A stretch of DNA of 64,000 nt from Trypanosoma brucei (lineage: Eukaryota), in the NCBI GenBank assembly GCA_000002445.1, contig CH464491.1:2880001-2944000 (forward strand). Direction: 5' to 3'. A model generated the notes under the pieces. That model had not been told where the DNA came from and searched no databases. It was given only the letters and a program-made list of their open reading frames with translations. Shown here in pieces: positions 10,801 to 20,062 of this stretch (positions are counted from its first letter, which is position 1; every line of letters begins with the position of its first letter). The position numbers and the translations under genes were made by a program.

Positions 10801-12988
10801 GGACTTTGCATCTGGGAAACCGTTTAGGCCATGGGAACTGGTGCAGCGCGACTGGCCGCCGTACTCGGTTGTGCAACAACTTTTCGCAGGGATCATACAC
10901 CTCGTTTTGGGTGGTGCAGTGGTGCTGACTCCAGTGCAGTTATTCTTTGATCACGCCTGTACGCATCTAATATATCAGTTCCAAATGGCCAGGGACAATG
11001 TGCAGAGGCGCAGTGCGCAGACGGACGTGATAGCACTTCTTACCAGCCCACACATGGAAGGACTTAACTTCGCATTTGTCGAGGCAGCGCTACATCAGCA
11101 ACGAATGGGCCGTGCCTTGGCAGAACTTCATTACATTCGTGGGGAGTTGGCCGAGGCCATCGAGTGCTACCTTTGTAAAGAATACAACCGTTTTGACGCT
11201 ACACTTGCCAAAGACGTGTTCAACTTTATCTGGAGGGTAAGCCGCATAGAAGGTGAAGGAAAGAGGGAACGGAGCAGGCGGCTCCGCGATGCCGTGATGC
11301 ATCACATTGCTGCACTAGCTGACGCAGACCCCACAGCACTAGCGCGGTTTGTGTTTGAGCACCTTCGTGATGACCACGAGGAGGTGATGAGCATTATCCG
11401 CAAGTCTAGTAAGACATTTCTCCGCTATATTGACGAGTTGGTTGCGAAAGCAGAGCCAAAAGTTCTGGGGGATGTAATGCTGCAAAACGCGTATATTGGC
11501 CTTCTTTGCTCTGAAGATCCGGAGCGGGTGTATCCGTACATGCGGGCATACGAGGCCGCGTTGGCTTACGACTGCGACACTGTCTTATGCTCCATGAAGA
11601 AGTACAAGGTGATTGACGCCGCCGTTTACTTGCTCGAAAAGAGGTTCCGCGTTGAGGAAGCCGTTGAAGTGTTGATGGACGCCATTACAAGTAAACTTCA
11701 TGAGGTGCAGTTGGAGCTTATACGCGAGGTCCAGTCTCCAGAGATGAGAAACGGAAGTTTTGTATCAGGTTCCGCACAACGCAAGCATTCGTCTCCACAG
11801 CGCCAAACCATAAGAGCAGCTCAATCGGGGTCCTGTGAGGAGGCTCTTCAACACGTGGTGAGGCACGCAGTTGATCTATGCGCTAGGCATTACGCCGCGG
11901 AGGAAGCTCGGTCGTATAAGGTGTGGATGACATTGTTTGGTCATTTCGCAAGTCCGCAAAGAAGTCTAGGCGACTGTCTAGAACGGGAGGGAGCGCTGCA
12001 AGAATCAGGTTCCATCTCCGAAGCTCTTGACGAAAGAAACGGAGGCCCCGCGGAGTTCGGGGGCTCAACGAAGAAGTCTGGTACACCGTTAAGCCTTACG
12101 CCCGAAGAGCGTTCCATTGTGGTTAAGAGATTGCTTCCCTTATTCACCGATTACGCGTCATACATCTTGATGTGTATGATCAAGGTGCTCAACCTTGCCG
12201 ACGTTATTACATTCATCGTGGGAAGTTGCAAGAGGGAGGGTTTAAAAACTCTTGAGTCGATAATTTCCCGTACGGTGGGTTCGCTGCGATTTGAGTGCGA
12301 AGTTAACGAAATTTGCAATGATTCCCTTCAGCAGGATGCTATAAATTTAAGCAGGGAACATTACCGCCGCTTAAATATGGGTGTGATGCCCGTGGCCAAC
12401 ATGTGTTATGTGTGCGGTGGGGACCTTAACTTTGCTCGTGGCGTGGGGGCCGAAACAGCCGTGAGGATATACGCATGCGGTCACGCGTATCATGAGAAAT
12501 GTATTGTGGGTGGTGCTAGTGAACACCTAGGCAATACGTGTATCCAGTGCAGCAGGTCGCGATCAGGTGTTGTTAATTCATCAGCGCTGAATATGGGAGT
12601 AGTCCAACTGGGCGAGGGCATCCCTGGAAATGTTGGACCCAACCAACGCGGCTGTCACTTAGAGGAGGAAGAAGAAGAGGGTGGGGAAGCCGCGGAAGTT
12701 GACAACCCACAGATGATTTTGCGGAGGTTAAGGCAAACACGAGCGAAGATGAGCTGGTCTCGGGAATGCAGAAACAGGATACAAAGTTTCCTCCGCAAGA
12801 AATGTGGTGAACAGGAAACTCTTTCCATGGCTCCAACGGTGGAGAGGCCTCTTGTAGTGTTACCGGGCGTCACTGGCACAACCTCAGCGGCCGCATCGGA
12901 AGAAGGGCCAGAAGCCTTGCCAGAAGTGGACAACGCGCTTCCAATGACACTGACTGATGAGGAGGTTCTCGAGTTATTCGACACCTGA
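7871..12988 (+). CDS. large Vps8/Vps41-like (HOPS/CORVET class C Vps family) protein with a C-terminal RING-H2 zinc finger
   Basis: The track ORF starts at GTG 7814; the first in-frame ATG is at 7871, giving about 1705 aa. Near the C-terminus is a RING-H2 finger, CYVCGG-x19-CGHAYHEKC-x12-CIQC (pattern C-x2-C..C-x-H-x2-H-x2-C..C-x2-C), which is characteristic of Vps8/Vps11/Vps18/Vps41. A long alpha-solenoid middle follows an N-terminal beta-rich region. The exact orthologue was not resolved. Confidence 0.5.
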   Translation: METDDDLFAELLAAEMERTNVLAVENCGFVLQSGAMNSAPDPADTNRIGGTGQLVPQRLRVDLSSPPHGALSRVTRSGGKDSNVGTRQWEAKDTNELLSSYTTKGSGCHKETCAWRRATYLSDTGGNEDELLIETLLQLANEKISSSAERESGVQPPSVFMGVTSAASTKGSGQVVPASSADPLDDAVFWAALPSGPPATTAGVASTSAQSIGMGAGPRSASSIAPQNGHCQENDAQVLTAVLDALADGQSSVSGDFLSEEDCNMDELLERAEHVAASAIRVEGKKGVRLVRIHEHVGMREELHGNREIVGWPSCVCARPSPFDKNAQECTKTVSPPAPRRVTLCVGTTLGFVLLFDERRRPIGKFGPPNSILTTLSKPLGAVVSISLSHEASTMAVGYQHGTVKMVEASSLSTLREVTDEFTTPIIRLRHCQEEAFRILALGSCGSIKLLSFSRVLGMMSHRVVKVASPGGSAPFSDVDLVFMKEDRVHVVAAASFEVLVVLAVDCGAQGVVTPLYKRKQQTKGTRHHLQLQFVPVPLEHELLLCLVQNTDVEVFRVANGGVVTDVQKITGARLERSLRAMTHMDSCCLFLDEDNFLHLFDVSAGVVVESQQMHELEPAYFSTDGRTNRCNAALTCSGRNALILGRTTAFSCTLMSWWERLDDLVSKNRFLEALDQLKDFALNVALAVSGLESDPVARRTSIHAYLSILANKFLAYILKTANSTSFIVGSITCLIKACADVDAMHVFFDSSMVYLRDAKGSGALALYALGHCINSGVVTFLPEAYVEPLFTLLADDESDIALEVLHTLTTQGEGEPLHGVSRAERVLMKLEGGHECLLPLSEKYNLVRLKVFILCRWHHGYADALQYALREWRRVNKVNGRDNEVAVDLFECTMRGATVMDGVHIPEQCWREAKGQMWRHLLNTPGEFETLLRVNAERVVMVTLPILQESGPYSPWSNPEERDDCAAQLLLHLAGVDFASGKPFRPWELVQRDWPPYSVVQQLFAGIIHLVLGGAVVLTPVQLFFDHACTHLIYQFQMARDNVQRRSAQTDVIALLTSPHMEGLNFAFVEAALHQQRMGRALAELHYIRGELAEAIECYLCKEYNRFDATLAKDVFNFIWRVSRIEGEGKRERSRRLRDAVMHHIAALADADPTALARFVFEHLRDDHEEVMSIIRKSSKTFLRYIDELVAKAEPKVLGDVMLQNAYIGLLCSEDPERVYPYMRAYEAALAYDCDTVLCSMKKYKVIDAAVYLLEKRFRVEEAVEVLMDAITSKLHEVQLELIREVQSPEMRNGSFVSGSAQRKHSSPQRQTIRAAQSGSCEEALQHVVRHAVDLCARHYAAEEARSYKVWMTLFGHFASPQRSLGDCLEREGALQESGSISEALDERNGGPAEFGGSTKKSGTPLSLTPEERSIVVKRLLPLFTDYASYILMCMIKVLNLADVITFIVGSCKREGLKTLESIISRTVGSLRFECEVNEICNDSLQQDAINLSREHYRRLNMGVMPVANMCYVCGGDLNFARGVGAETAVRIYACGHAYHEKCIVGGASEHLGNTCIQCSRSRSGVVNSSALNMGVVQLGEGIPGNVGPNQRGCHLEEEEEEGGEAAEVDNPQMILRRLRQTRAKMSWSRECRNRIQSFLRKKCGEQETLSMAPTVERPLVVLPGVTGTTSAAASEEGPEALPEVDNALPMTLTDEEVLELFDT

Positions 12989-13572
12989 TGATAGCATTGG
13001 AGAAATGGTATGAAGAAGAGGAATGTGCCAGAGGAGATGTTGCGCAGGTCGCTACCACCTTCGTGACGCCGCCGAAAATTCGGTTATAACGTTTCATGGC
13101 TACTGAAGTACAAAAGGGTCCGGGTTTGGGCCAACGGTTAGCGTATGGGAAAAGTGAGTGAACCCATGAGTGGTTTCCCATCTTGTATAGCACGTACTCA
13201 AATCGCACATGGGGGGGGCACCAGTAAATGCTGTTTATGGGGTCTCTAGCACTATCTTACATGCATTGTATAGTGCCCTGGAAAATTGAGTGTTTTTTGT
13301 TGCTGTTGGTGTTGGTGGTGCTTGCTTTGTTGCTCTCTTTCATGATCGTTCACAGAATGGTCAACTGCAGTAACGAGTACGGTGGATTATTGTATGGAAG
13401 TCCGTCATCAAGGGCGCTATCACTTGCTTTCGCCTTTTTCCCCACCCCACCTCAAAAATAATAATAATAATCCTCTGTTCCTCCCCTTCTGCTCCTTTCA
13501 TAACAAACTGATAAACACGTGTAATCATTCGGAACTTCACACACGCACAAAAAAAAAGGACTTGAGGTTTAA

Positions 13573-14271
13573 ATGGGGGTGCCAACAATGGAACGAAGCC
13601 ACGGTCGTCGCTCACCCGACGAGGTCCGTTACCCTCACATTGTGCTCAACGTGCTTGGACAGAGTTACAGTAGCGCATGCATCGAAGTCGGAAGCACGCG
13701 GGTCGTTTGCGCCGTACATCACCCACAACAACTAATTGATGAGTACCGCGGGAGTCGAGGACGTGTTGCCTGTACAGTGCGAAGGTCCTCTCGCGCGCAA
13801 AAGCATGAATTAGCATTTCGAGCAGACGTCACACCAGAAAAAGACCTGGCCTTGGCGTTAGAAGGTGTAGTTGAGCAGGCAGTTGTGTTGGAGAAAATAC
13901 CGCAGCTGTTGGTGGAGGTTGCGGTAGAGATCCTCGCAGAGGATGGCGGGCTTTGGGACGCGATAGCCACGGGTGTGTGTGCCGCACTGGCGAGTGGGGG
14001 ATTTGAAATGTACGACACTTTTTCCGCCTGCGGTGCCGCGCTCCTGCCCGACGGCTCCATCGTGACCGATCCCAGCGCCACCGAGTGGAACACTGCTAAG
14101 GCCACGGCGGTCACGTGTGCCATGTTGAACTCAGGAAATATGTGCTTCACCGCGCAGCGGGGGTCGTGTGAGCCGACCACTGCACTCGACCTTGTGATGG
14201 CTGCTTTGAAGGGAACCTTGGCGCGTAAGAATGTCATCTCATCTCAGTTGTGCGAACAGTTTGCATTTTAG
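13573..14271 (+). CDS. RNase PH-like exosome subunit (RRP41/RRP46-type fold)
   Basis: 232 aa with an ATG at 13573 and an alternative ATG at 13588. The RNase-PH signature R-x-DE-x-R..G..AcIEvGsTrVvCaV-hP appears as RRSPDEVRYPHIVLNVLGQSYSSACIEVGSTRVVCAVHHP, followed by a second alpha/beta half. Confidence 0.6.
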   Translation: MGVPTMERSHGRRSPDEVRYPHIVLNVLGQSYSSACIEVGSTRVVCAVHHPQQLIDEYRGSRGRVACTVRRSSRAQKHELAFRADVTPEKDLALALEGVVEQAVVLEKIPQLLVEVAVEILAEDGGLWDAIATGVCAALASGGFEMYDTFSACGAALLPDGSIVTDPSATEWNTAKATAVTCAMLNSGNMCFTAQRGSCEPTTALDLVMAALKGTLARKNVISSQLCEQFAF

Positions 14272-14512
14272 GAGATAAGTGTTTCGCTATAACGATAAAA
14301 ATTTTCCATTCCACCTTTCATTTGCAGGACCAGTAAAAGCATGAGTGCGGTGCGGGGGGGAGAAGTTGCGCCCGCACGAATAAATTTGGTTGCAGACCTC
14401 AGCACTCACTCGTTTTTTTTTGCCAGAGGTGCCGCTTCACGATGGCTGTTCTTTACTTCTGACTATGTCTATCCTTTCCCCCACGCCCCTCCCTTTTCCA
14501 TAGCTGAGGCAT

Positions 14513-15373
14513 ATGGCAACGTCGGAATCTGACGGGCTTCTCATGACGGAAGAAGTAGTTATACAACAATGTAAGAAACATCACGGGTATTCCACACCGG
14601 AACTCAACCGAAATATATACCTTAACCACTTGGGACTTATGAACATCTCATCCCTTAACGCATTCCACCAATGCAGGGTGTTGTACCTCAACAATAATGC
14701 CATCGATAACTTGGAGGGGCTTCACCCACTTCAAAATTTGCACGCGCTTTATATTGGTAATAACGCTATTCGAAACTGTAAAAGCTTTCCGATGTTGCCT
14801 TCGCTGCGACTTGTAGACATTTCCTCAAATTTTATTGAAAGCTTGGAAGGCCTTTCGAGCATCCCCAACTTAGAGACTTTACTTGCCTCACGGAATCGGG
14901 TGAGGAACCTTAGGGGAGTAGAGGGGAACAGAAAGCTAATGACGATCGATGTTTCAAAGAATGCTATTGAACGTGAGGAAGACATCGTGCCGTGGATTCT
15001 CGAAATGGAAGGACTTCGCAGTTGCATGTTTCAAGGCAACCGCTTTGTAACTTCAATGCAAAGCTATAGAAAAAAGATAATTGCGTGGGTGCCGTCGCTG
15101 CGCTTCATGGACCAATGCCCTGTGTTCCCCGAGGAGCGGAGCTGCGCTGAAGCGTATGCTCAAGGAGGAACAAGGGCAGAAAAAGCGCAGCGTGACGAAA
15201 ACAGACGTCAGGAGGAGCAGGAAAGGCAGAGACAGTTTGAGTTCTTCGGCAGCCAACGTCAGGAGGCTCGTGAAAGTCGAGACACCAAGGGCCCAACATG
15301 CACCAATACCGCCTATTATGACGATAACGATTTGCAGTGTATATATGTGCCAAACAGTGTGGGACGTGTGTAA
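14513..15373 (+). CDS. leucine-rich repeat protein (SDS22-like 22-residue LRRs) with a charged C-terminus
   Basis: 286 aa with an ATG start. It carries tandem LxxLxxLxxLxLxxNxIxxI units, for example LYLNNNAIDNLEGLHPLQNLHALYIGNNAIRN..LRLVDISSNFIESLEGL. The C-terminus is E/R/Q-rich. Confidence 0.6.
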   Translation: MATSESDGLLMTEEVVIQQCKKHHGYSTPELNRNIYLNHLGLMNISSLNAFHQCRVLYLNNNAIDNLEGLHPLQNLHALYIGNNAIRNCKSFPMLPSLRLVDISSNFIESLEGLSSIPNLETLLASRNRVRNLRGVEGNRKLMTIDVSKNAIEREEDIVPWILEMEGLRSCMFQGNRFVTSMQSYRKKIIAWVPSLRFMDQCPVFPEERSCAEAYAQGGTRAEKAQRDENRRQEEQERQRQFEFFGSQRQEARESRDTKGPTCTNTAYYDDNDLQCIYVPNSVGRV

Positions 15374-15741
15374 GAAACTCGATACCTCGGTGGGTTCAGT
15401 AGCCCCTTGTCGCACAACCGCAGAAAAGCAGCCGGTTGCCCATGCGCGTGCCCGATAGGTCGCGTTGACGCGCGTGCAGAGCCTATCTTGAGGACGGTCT
15501 GGGGCTTCGGCTGCTGAGACATGCTTGCGAAAACGAAAAACAGGCAAGTCCCCTCAACCAATGGGCCAGAGGCGAGTATGTTTTGTGCTAAATCACTTTT
15601 CCTACCACCACCCCAAACAAGCACGCGAGGTGCACTACTTTCTTCGTATCGGTTGTTGGTGGCTTCTTTAGTCAGATACACCAGGCACAAGGGACATAGA
15701 AAGTTAGTGGGGAAGAAAGGGGCATTCTTTGGAGAAGAAAA

Positions 15742-16746
15742 ATGACGATTGTTGCGGACTGTGGAAACTCACAGGCAGTGACATCCGTGTGCACAATGGG
15801 AACGCCTGAGTGCGATGAGGAGCTCAGACTCTTTCTGCGTTGTTTGCGCGCCCTTCATCCGCATGTGCAAGTGGTAGTGGGATGCACATCTGGCATGATC
15901 AGCCCTGGTCGAAGTGCGAGCAGTGCCTTCGCTGACTTCGGTATGGATGAAAAAATCGAGTGGGTTCCCTGTCTCGATCCTTACCTACCCATCAACAGGG
16001 GCACAATGGAACAGCAGCACGGGGTGTGGTACCCCTCGCGCCATGCAGACTTCATGATGGAAAAGGCAAACTTGATGGAGCGCGCGATGATGCTGCACAG
16101 TCCGCAGAAGCCTTGCGGGGGCGGTCCAGAATGCGTTGTGGCGTTCCTCGACTGTGACGTCGTCTTGCTGGGAGAGCTTCCGTGCATCCCATTTGGCACG
16201 CAAGTGGCGTTGTCACCGCATCAACTGCGTACTCGAGACGAAGCTCTCTTCGGCAAGTATAACGGTGGATATGTTGTTGCTACCACCCCTTCTGTTATCT
16301 ATGAGTGGAGGCGCGCAACACAGTACTCGAGGTACTTTGACCAAGCCTCGCTAGAGTGCGTGGCCAACAGTTTCTCATCCACTCTATACGAGTTGCCACC
16401 GCAACACAATTACGGATACTGGCGGCTCTTCCAGACTTACCGAGTAGATCCACTTGCTGAAGCGAAGCAGTTTTCTATTAAGCCAATGGGCAGCCCCCGC
16501 CAATGGACCCTCTGCTACGAGGGAGCCCCGCTCAGATCCATTCACACGCACCTTCTCACATCAACATGCCGGCAAGGGCGGGACGTTCAGGCATTTAACA
16601 CGCTCATAAGAAGATGGATACAAAGGTGCGTTCAACCTCCACACCGGGTGACAACCGCAGCAGTTGCGGCCAACCGGCTCTATGAGGTGTGTCTCGGTCC
16701 TTACCTGAAAGTGGCTGGTCAAAAGTTGTCCAAAGCGCCGCCATGA
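15742..16746 (+). CDS. hypothetical protein, possibly a DxD-type nucleotide-sugar transferase-like protein
   Basis: 334-aa ORF with an ATG start at the spacing expected in the gene array. A VVAFLDCDVVLLGE block resembles a DxD motif. The assignment is weak. Confidence 0.4.
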   Translation: MTIVADCGNSQAVTSVCTMGTPECDEELRLFLRCLRALHPHVQVVVGCTSGMISPGRSASSAFADFGMDEKIEWVPCLDPYLPINRGTMEQQHGVWYPSRHADFMMEKANLMERAMMLHSPQKPCGGGPECVVAFLDCDVVLLGELPCIPFGTQVALSPHQLRTRDEALFGKYNGGYVVATTPSVIYEWRRATQYSRYFDQASLECVANSFSSTLYELPPQHNYGYWRLFQTYRVDPLAEAKQFSIKPMGSPRQWTLCYEGAPLRSIHTHLLTSTCRQGRDVQAFNTLIRRWIQRCVQPPHRVTTAAVAANRLYEVCLGPYLKVAGQKLSKAPP

Positions 16747-19700
16747 GGTTTCTACGACACTTTGCTCGGGTATCGTTACTGCGTTGTAGCTGTGTTCTTT
16801 TTCGTTCCTTTACTTCATCTGCAGTCCTTTCAACGCCGTAGATTGCACGGCACATTTTTACATCCCCAACGATGGAGTGTGACATGACCCTTTTACAAAA
16901 GTGTAAGGCCTCTGCAGAGCGGCATGCTCAGCTTCGTAAGGGACCCTAATGGTCCCCTAGAAAGGTTAGCGTCAAAACTCACAAAAAAAACAAGTAGGGG
17001 TTTCGGCTGCTTCCCTTTTTTGACACGGAAACCCTGATGGCCCTCTCCTCCCCATTATCCCCCTTAAGTTGAGTATGCATTGTGGCTGCAACGATGCCAC
17101 ACTTCTTTCCACTAGCTGTCTATTTTTCCCCTTGTCTTTGCCCCAAACGGGTGCGCGCATACACAACCGTACGAGTCGCCACCCGAGGAAACTGCTGACC
17201 TCTATGGCACTCTTGCATCCGACAACGGTACAATGTTTGCATGTGAAAAATGGAAAATGAGGGGAGAGAAATAGAAAAGGAAGTGATGTCATACAACCAA
17301 AGCACCCGCCGACGCAACGAGAGCGGTGAGTACGGTTGAGGCAGGGGTACTCACAATTGGCTCGAAATAACAAAGCCCACAAAATCCCACCCCAGTTTGC
17401 TTTGATGCCCATTAGCCCAAACACTGGACAGATCTCTTTATATATACGACGGGCACGAGACGATTAGTCAAAAACGTCTGTTCCGTCAAACGGAGAATAC
17501 ACTCGCTCCCCCCCCCCTCCCTTTAACACGAGTGTCCTCCGAAACTCAGTAACGTGAGAGTGTCGAGAGTTGAGGCAGCAACCTCGTAGGGATCTTCCGG
17601 TTGGAGGGGAGGCGCACCAAAACACTCTTTGCGTCATCGCACTGAAAGGTCAGATTTCGGCGTAAACGCTGCGGAAGTTGCCAATACATACATACGGTCC
17701 ACAGCACAGGACCTTCTATTTTGCGTCGGAACCACCAAAACACAGCTGCACCACCAACGACTCAGGTCAATGAGAGGTGCGACGTCGGAGCCGTTGATTC
17801 TAAACACGGGAGTACCTTTTTTCCACAGCACAAAGCTGGGACCTTTCCACATCTGGGGGCACCGAACTCTTTGGAAATATATTGGTTTATCCCCTCACGT
17901 TGTGCGTGCCACGCGCCGTTACTCCTAGGATCGGCCAGAGACCTGCACTCCCCCCCTTCCCCGCCCTCCAGCAAACTTCACGACAAGGACGTACTTTCCA
18001 TCCCTCCTTTGAACCAAGGAGACGCTTGAACCGCCGTGGTGTGGGACGCCCGACTGCCCGTTTCTCATCCATTCTGGACAGTCAGCGCCACACTTGCCCC
18101 TTCAAGGTTGGGCACCCACGCACACACCTCACGTTGGGATGTTTATTATCCCTGCCTCCGTCACCGCCATATGCGGCACCATGCGCTCCCTCTCCTGCAA
18201 CGTGCTCCCCACCCACCCCCCCCCCAAAAAAAAAAGCCACGCAACACACCAACTTTAGGTTTAAGGAAGAGCGCAGCGCCGCCTCCGCTATCGGTGGTGG
18301 GCAGCGTCTGACCCCGGCGCCGGAGGGGACCCGCCATCCATTCCATTCCGACTTTACCCAAGTGTATGGAACCGCTGCGCCACAACCCCAAACCGGTTAA
18401 CCTCAGGGGAACCGAGTAGAGAGGCGGGTCCGTTTCCCCTCGCAATCCTTGAGGTCACTTCACGAGTCGTTGCGCAGGAAAAAATAAAAGGAACTTTGTG
18501 AACCGGTGAGCCTTTGAATGCATGTGGAGACGCGGTGTTTCCTTTGGACCCAGTGCTAAGTGGGGAAAGGCTAATACCGTCAGAAGGGGGAAATATCAGC
18601 CCGCTCCGCATTCTTGCCGTGGCGCCGGGCGCCCTTGGTTAAGGCCATGTCTCACTTCGACCGTCTGAACGGCATCGGCAGCAACCCCCTTGGTTTGAGG
18701 TCTGGGAAGAGCTGTCCCCTACAAAGTGCCTTTCCACCTCGTTTACTTCCCCAACTTTTGCGACATCGGGAATTTAAACAGCCAACTGCGACCCCCGATA
18801 TTCCGATTTCGACCGAATGCGGGTATCCTTTGATTCCTAAACCCTGTAGCTGGCGAGGCCAACCTCCTTGACGTAGTGCTTGGGTTATGACGAATGGTTG
18901 CTGCACTCCTTTGTCACGTTCAACTTCTCCGACTCTCCACATGGAAACTTTCTAACAACCCCGCCACTGACAGGATGATTCCGCCTGCCGCATCCGTGTC
19001 AGCCGCTTCGCCCTATAGGGTTAACCTTGTCCACTGCGCTTTGCGGGGCTTGCTGGGAGGGTGTCTGGGAGTGTCATCGCTGACTCTCCATTTTGTAACC
19101 ACTTCGGTTGTTTTTTTCCCCTCTCCTTGTATCCGCACTTGCTGCGCGGATGGTCAGCCACACGTTTGTTCACGCTGTGTGGCACAGGGACCGCGCCTCT
19201 CATTAGATGCTCCTCGAAGTTTCCAGTTGGCAAGCGTCCCGCAACAAGTCCCCTCCCGCGTGTCAGATTCGCCATCCTTGCAACGGCAATACTTCCTATC
19301 TGACAGACTTTTCTCGCGTCTGCCTGTTTTGTGTCTTCCTATTCCTCCACGGGCTCCCTCCTTAACTTTCTTCGCCAGTTTTCAACCCTATTCCCCCTTT
19401 TCAAATGGGCACGGGGTAAGTCCTCTCTCGAAAATGCGCGGTTGCAAGCAAAGCGCCTTCGAGCCTCACCACCACAGGTTATGGGTTCGCTTTGCCCTCT
19501 CCTTTTCTCTGTCTAGGAGTTTGTGGCCTTCGATCCCACCCATTGCCTCGAGGCGATGCGAGTATTTTTCATATCCTCATCACCATCTGGGGTCCCGAAC
19601 AGGGTAATTGAATATTGCCGCAGGGTGCTGACTTCCCACTTTTAGCCAAATGCACACCCCCATTTCGCAATGTTCGCGCGGCCAACCTACAAAATTTTCC

Positions 19701-20041
19701 CTTTCTCTTAGTCGCGATCTACGCTTTAGCGCCGTTGTCAACCCCCCTTCCCCGAAGAAACCGTGGGCTCAGGTATGCACACGCTAAGATTGTTGTCTTT
19801 TGTCCTGTTTTCCATTCCCCGCAGCAAGGAGTTCACGTTTTCAGCGTTTCGTCCGCCACTGCCCCAGGGGAAGATGCGGTTGGGCACCGTACAAACCACC
19901 AGATTGCAGTGTCCTAGCCCCAGTTTCAGTAAGTGGAAACGGTGTGCCTAATCCGCTGGTTGGCGCCACTAAGCTTTGCTTTTGCCGTTTCTGCCTTCGA
20001 AAGCACTCCTATTTACACTCATTCCCGCATTTGTTTGTTTG

Positions 20042-20062
20042 GGGGGGGAAGGGAAGGGAAGT
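20042..20062 (+). other. G-quadruplex-forming motif (GGGGGGGG AA GGG AA GGG AAG)
   Basis: Four G-runs of at least 3 are separated by 2-nt loops, inside the ORF-free interval. This is a sequence-level observation only. Confidence 0.3.

Noticed and set aside
16944-16960. Perfect small hairpin gggacc-ctaat-ggtccc downstream of gene 15742..16746
   Set aside because: A 6-bp stem is too short to assign a function such as a terminator or ncRNA, and kinetoplastid pol II transcripts do not use intrinsic terminators.
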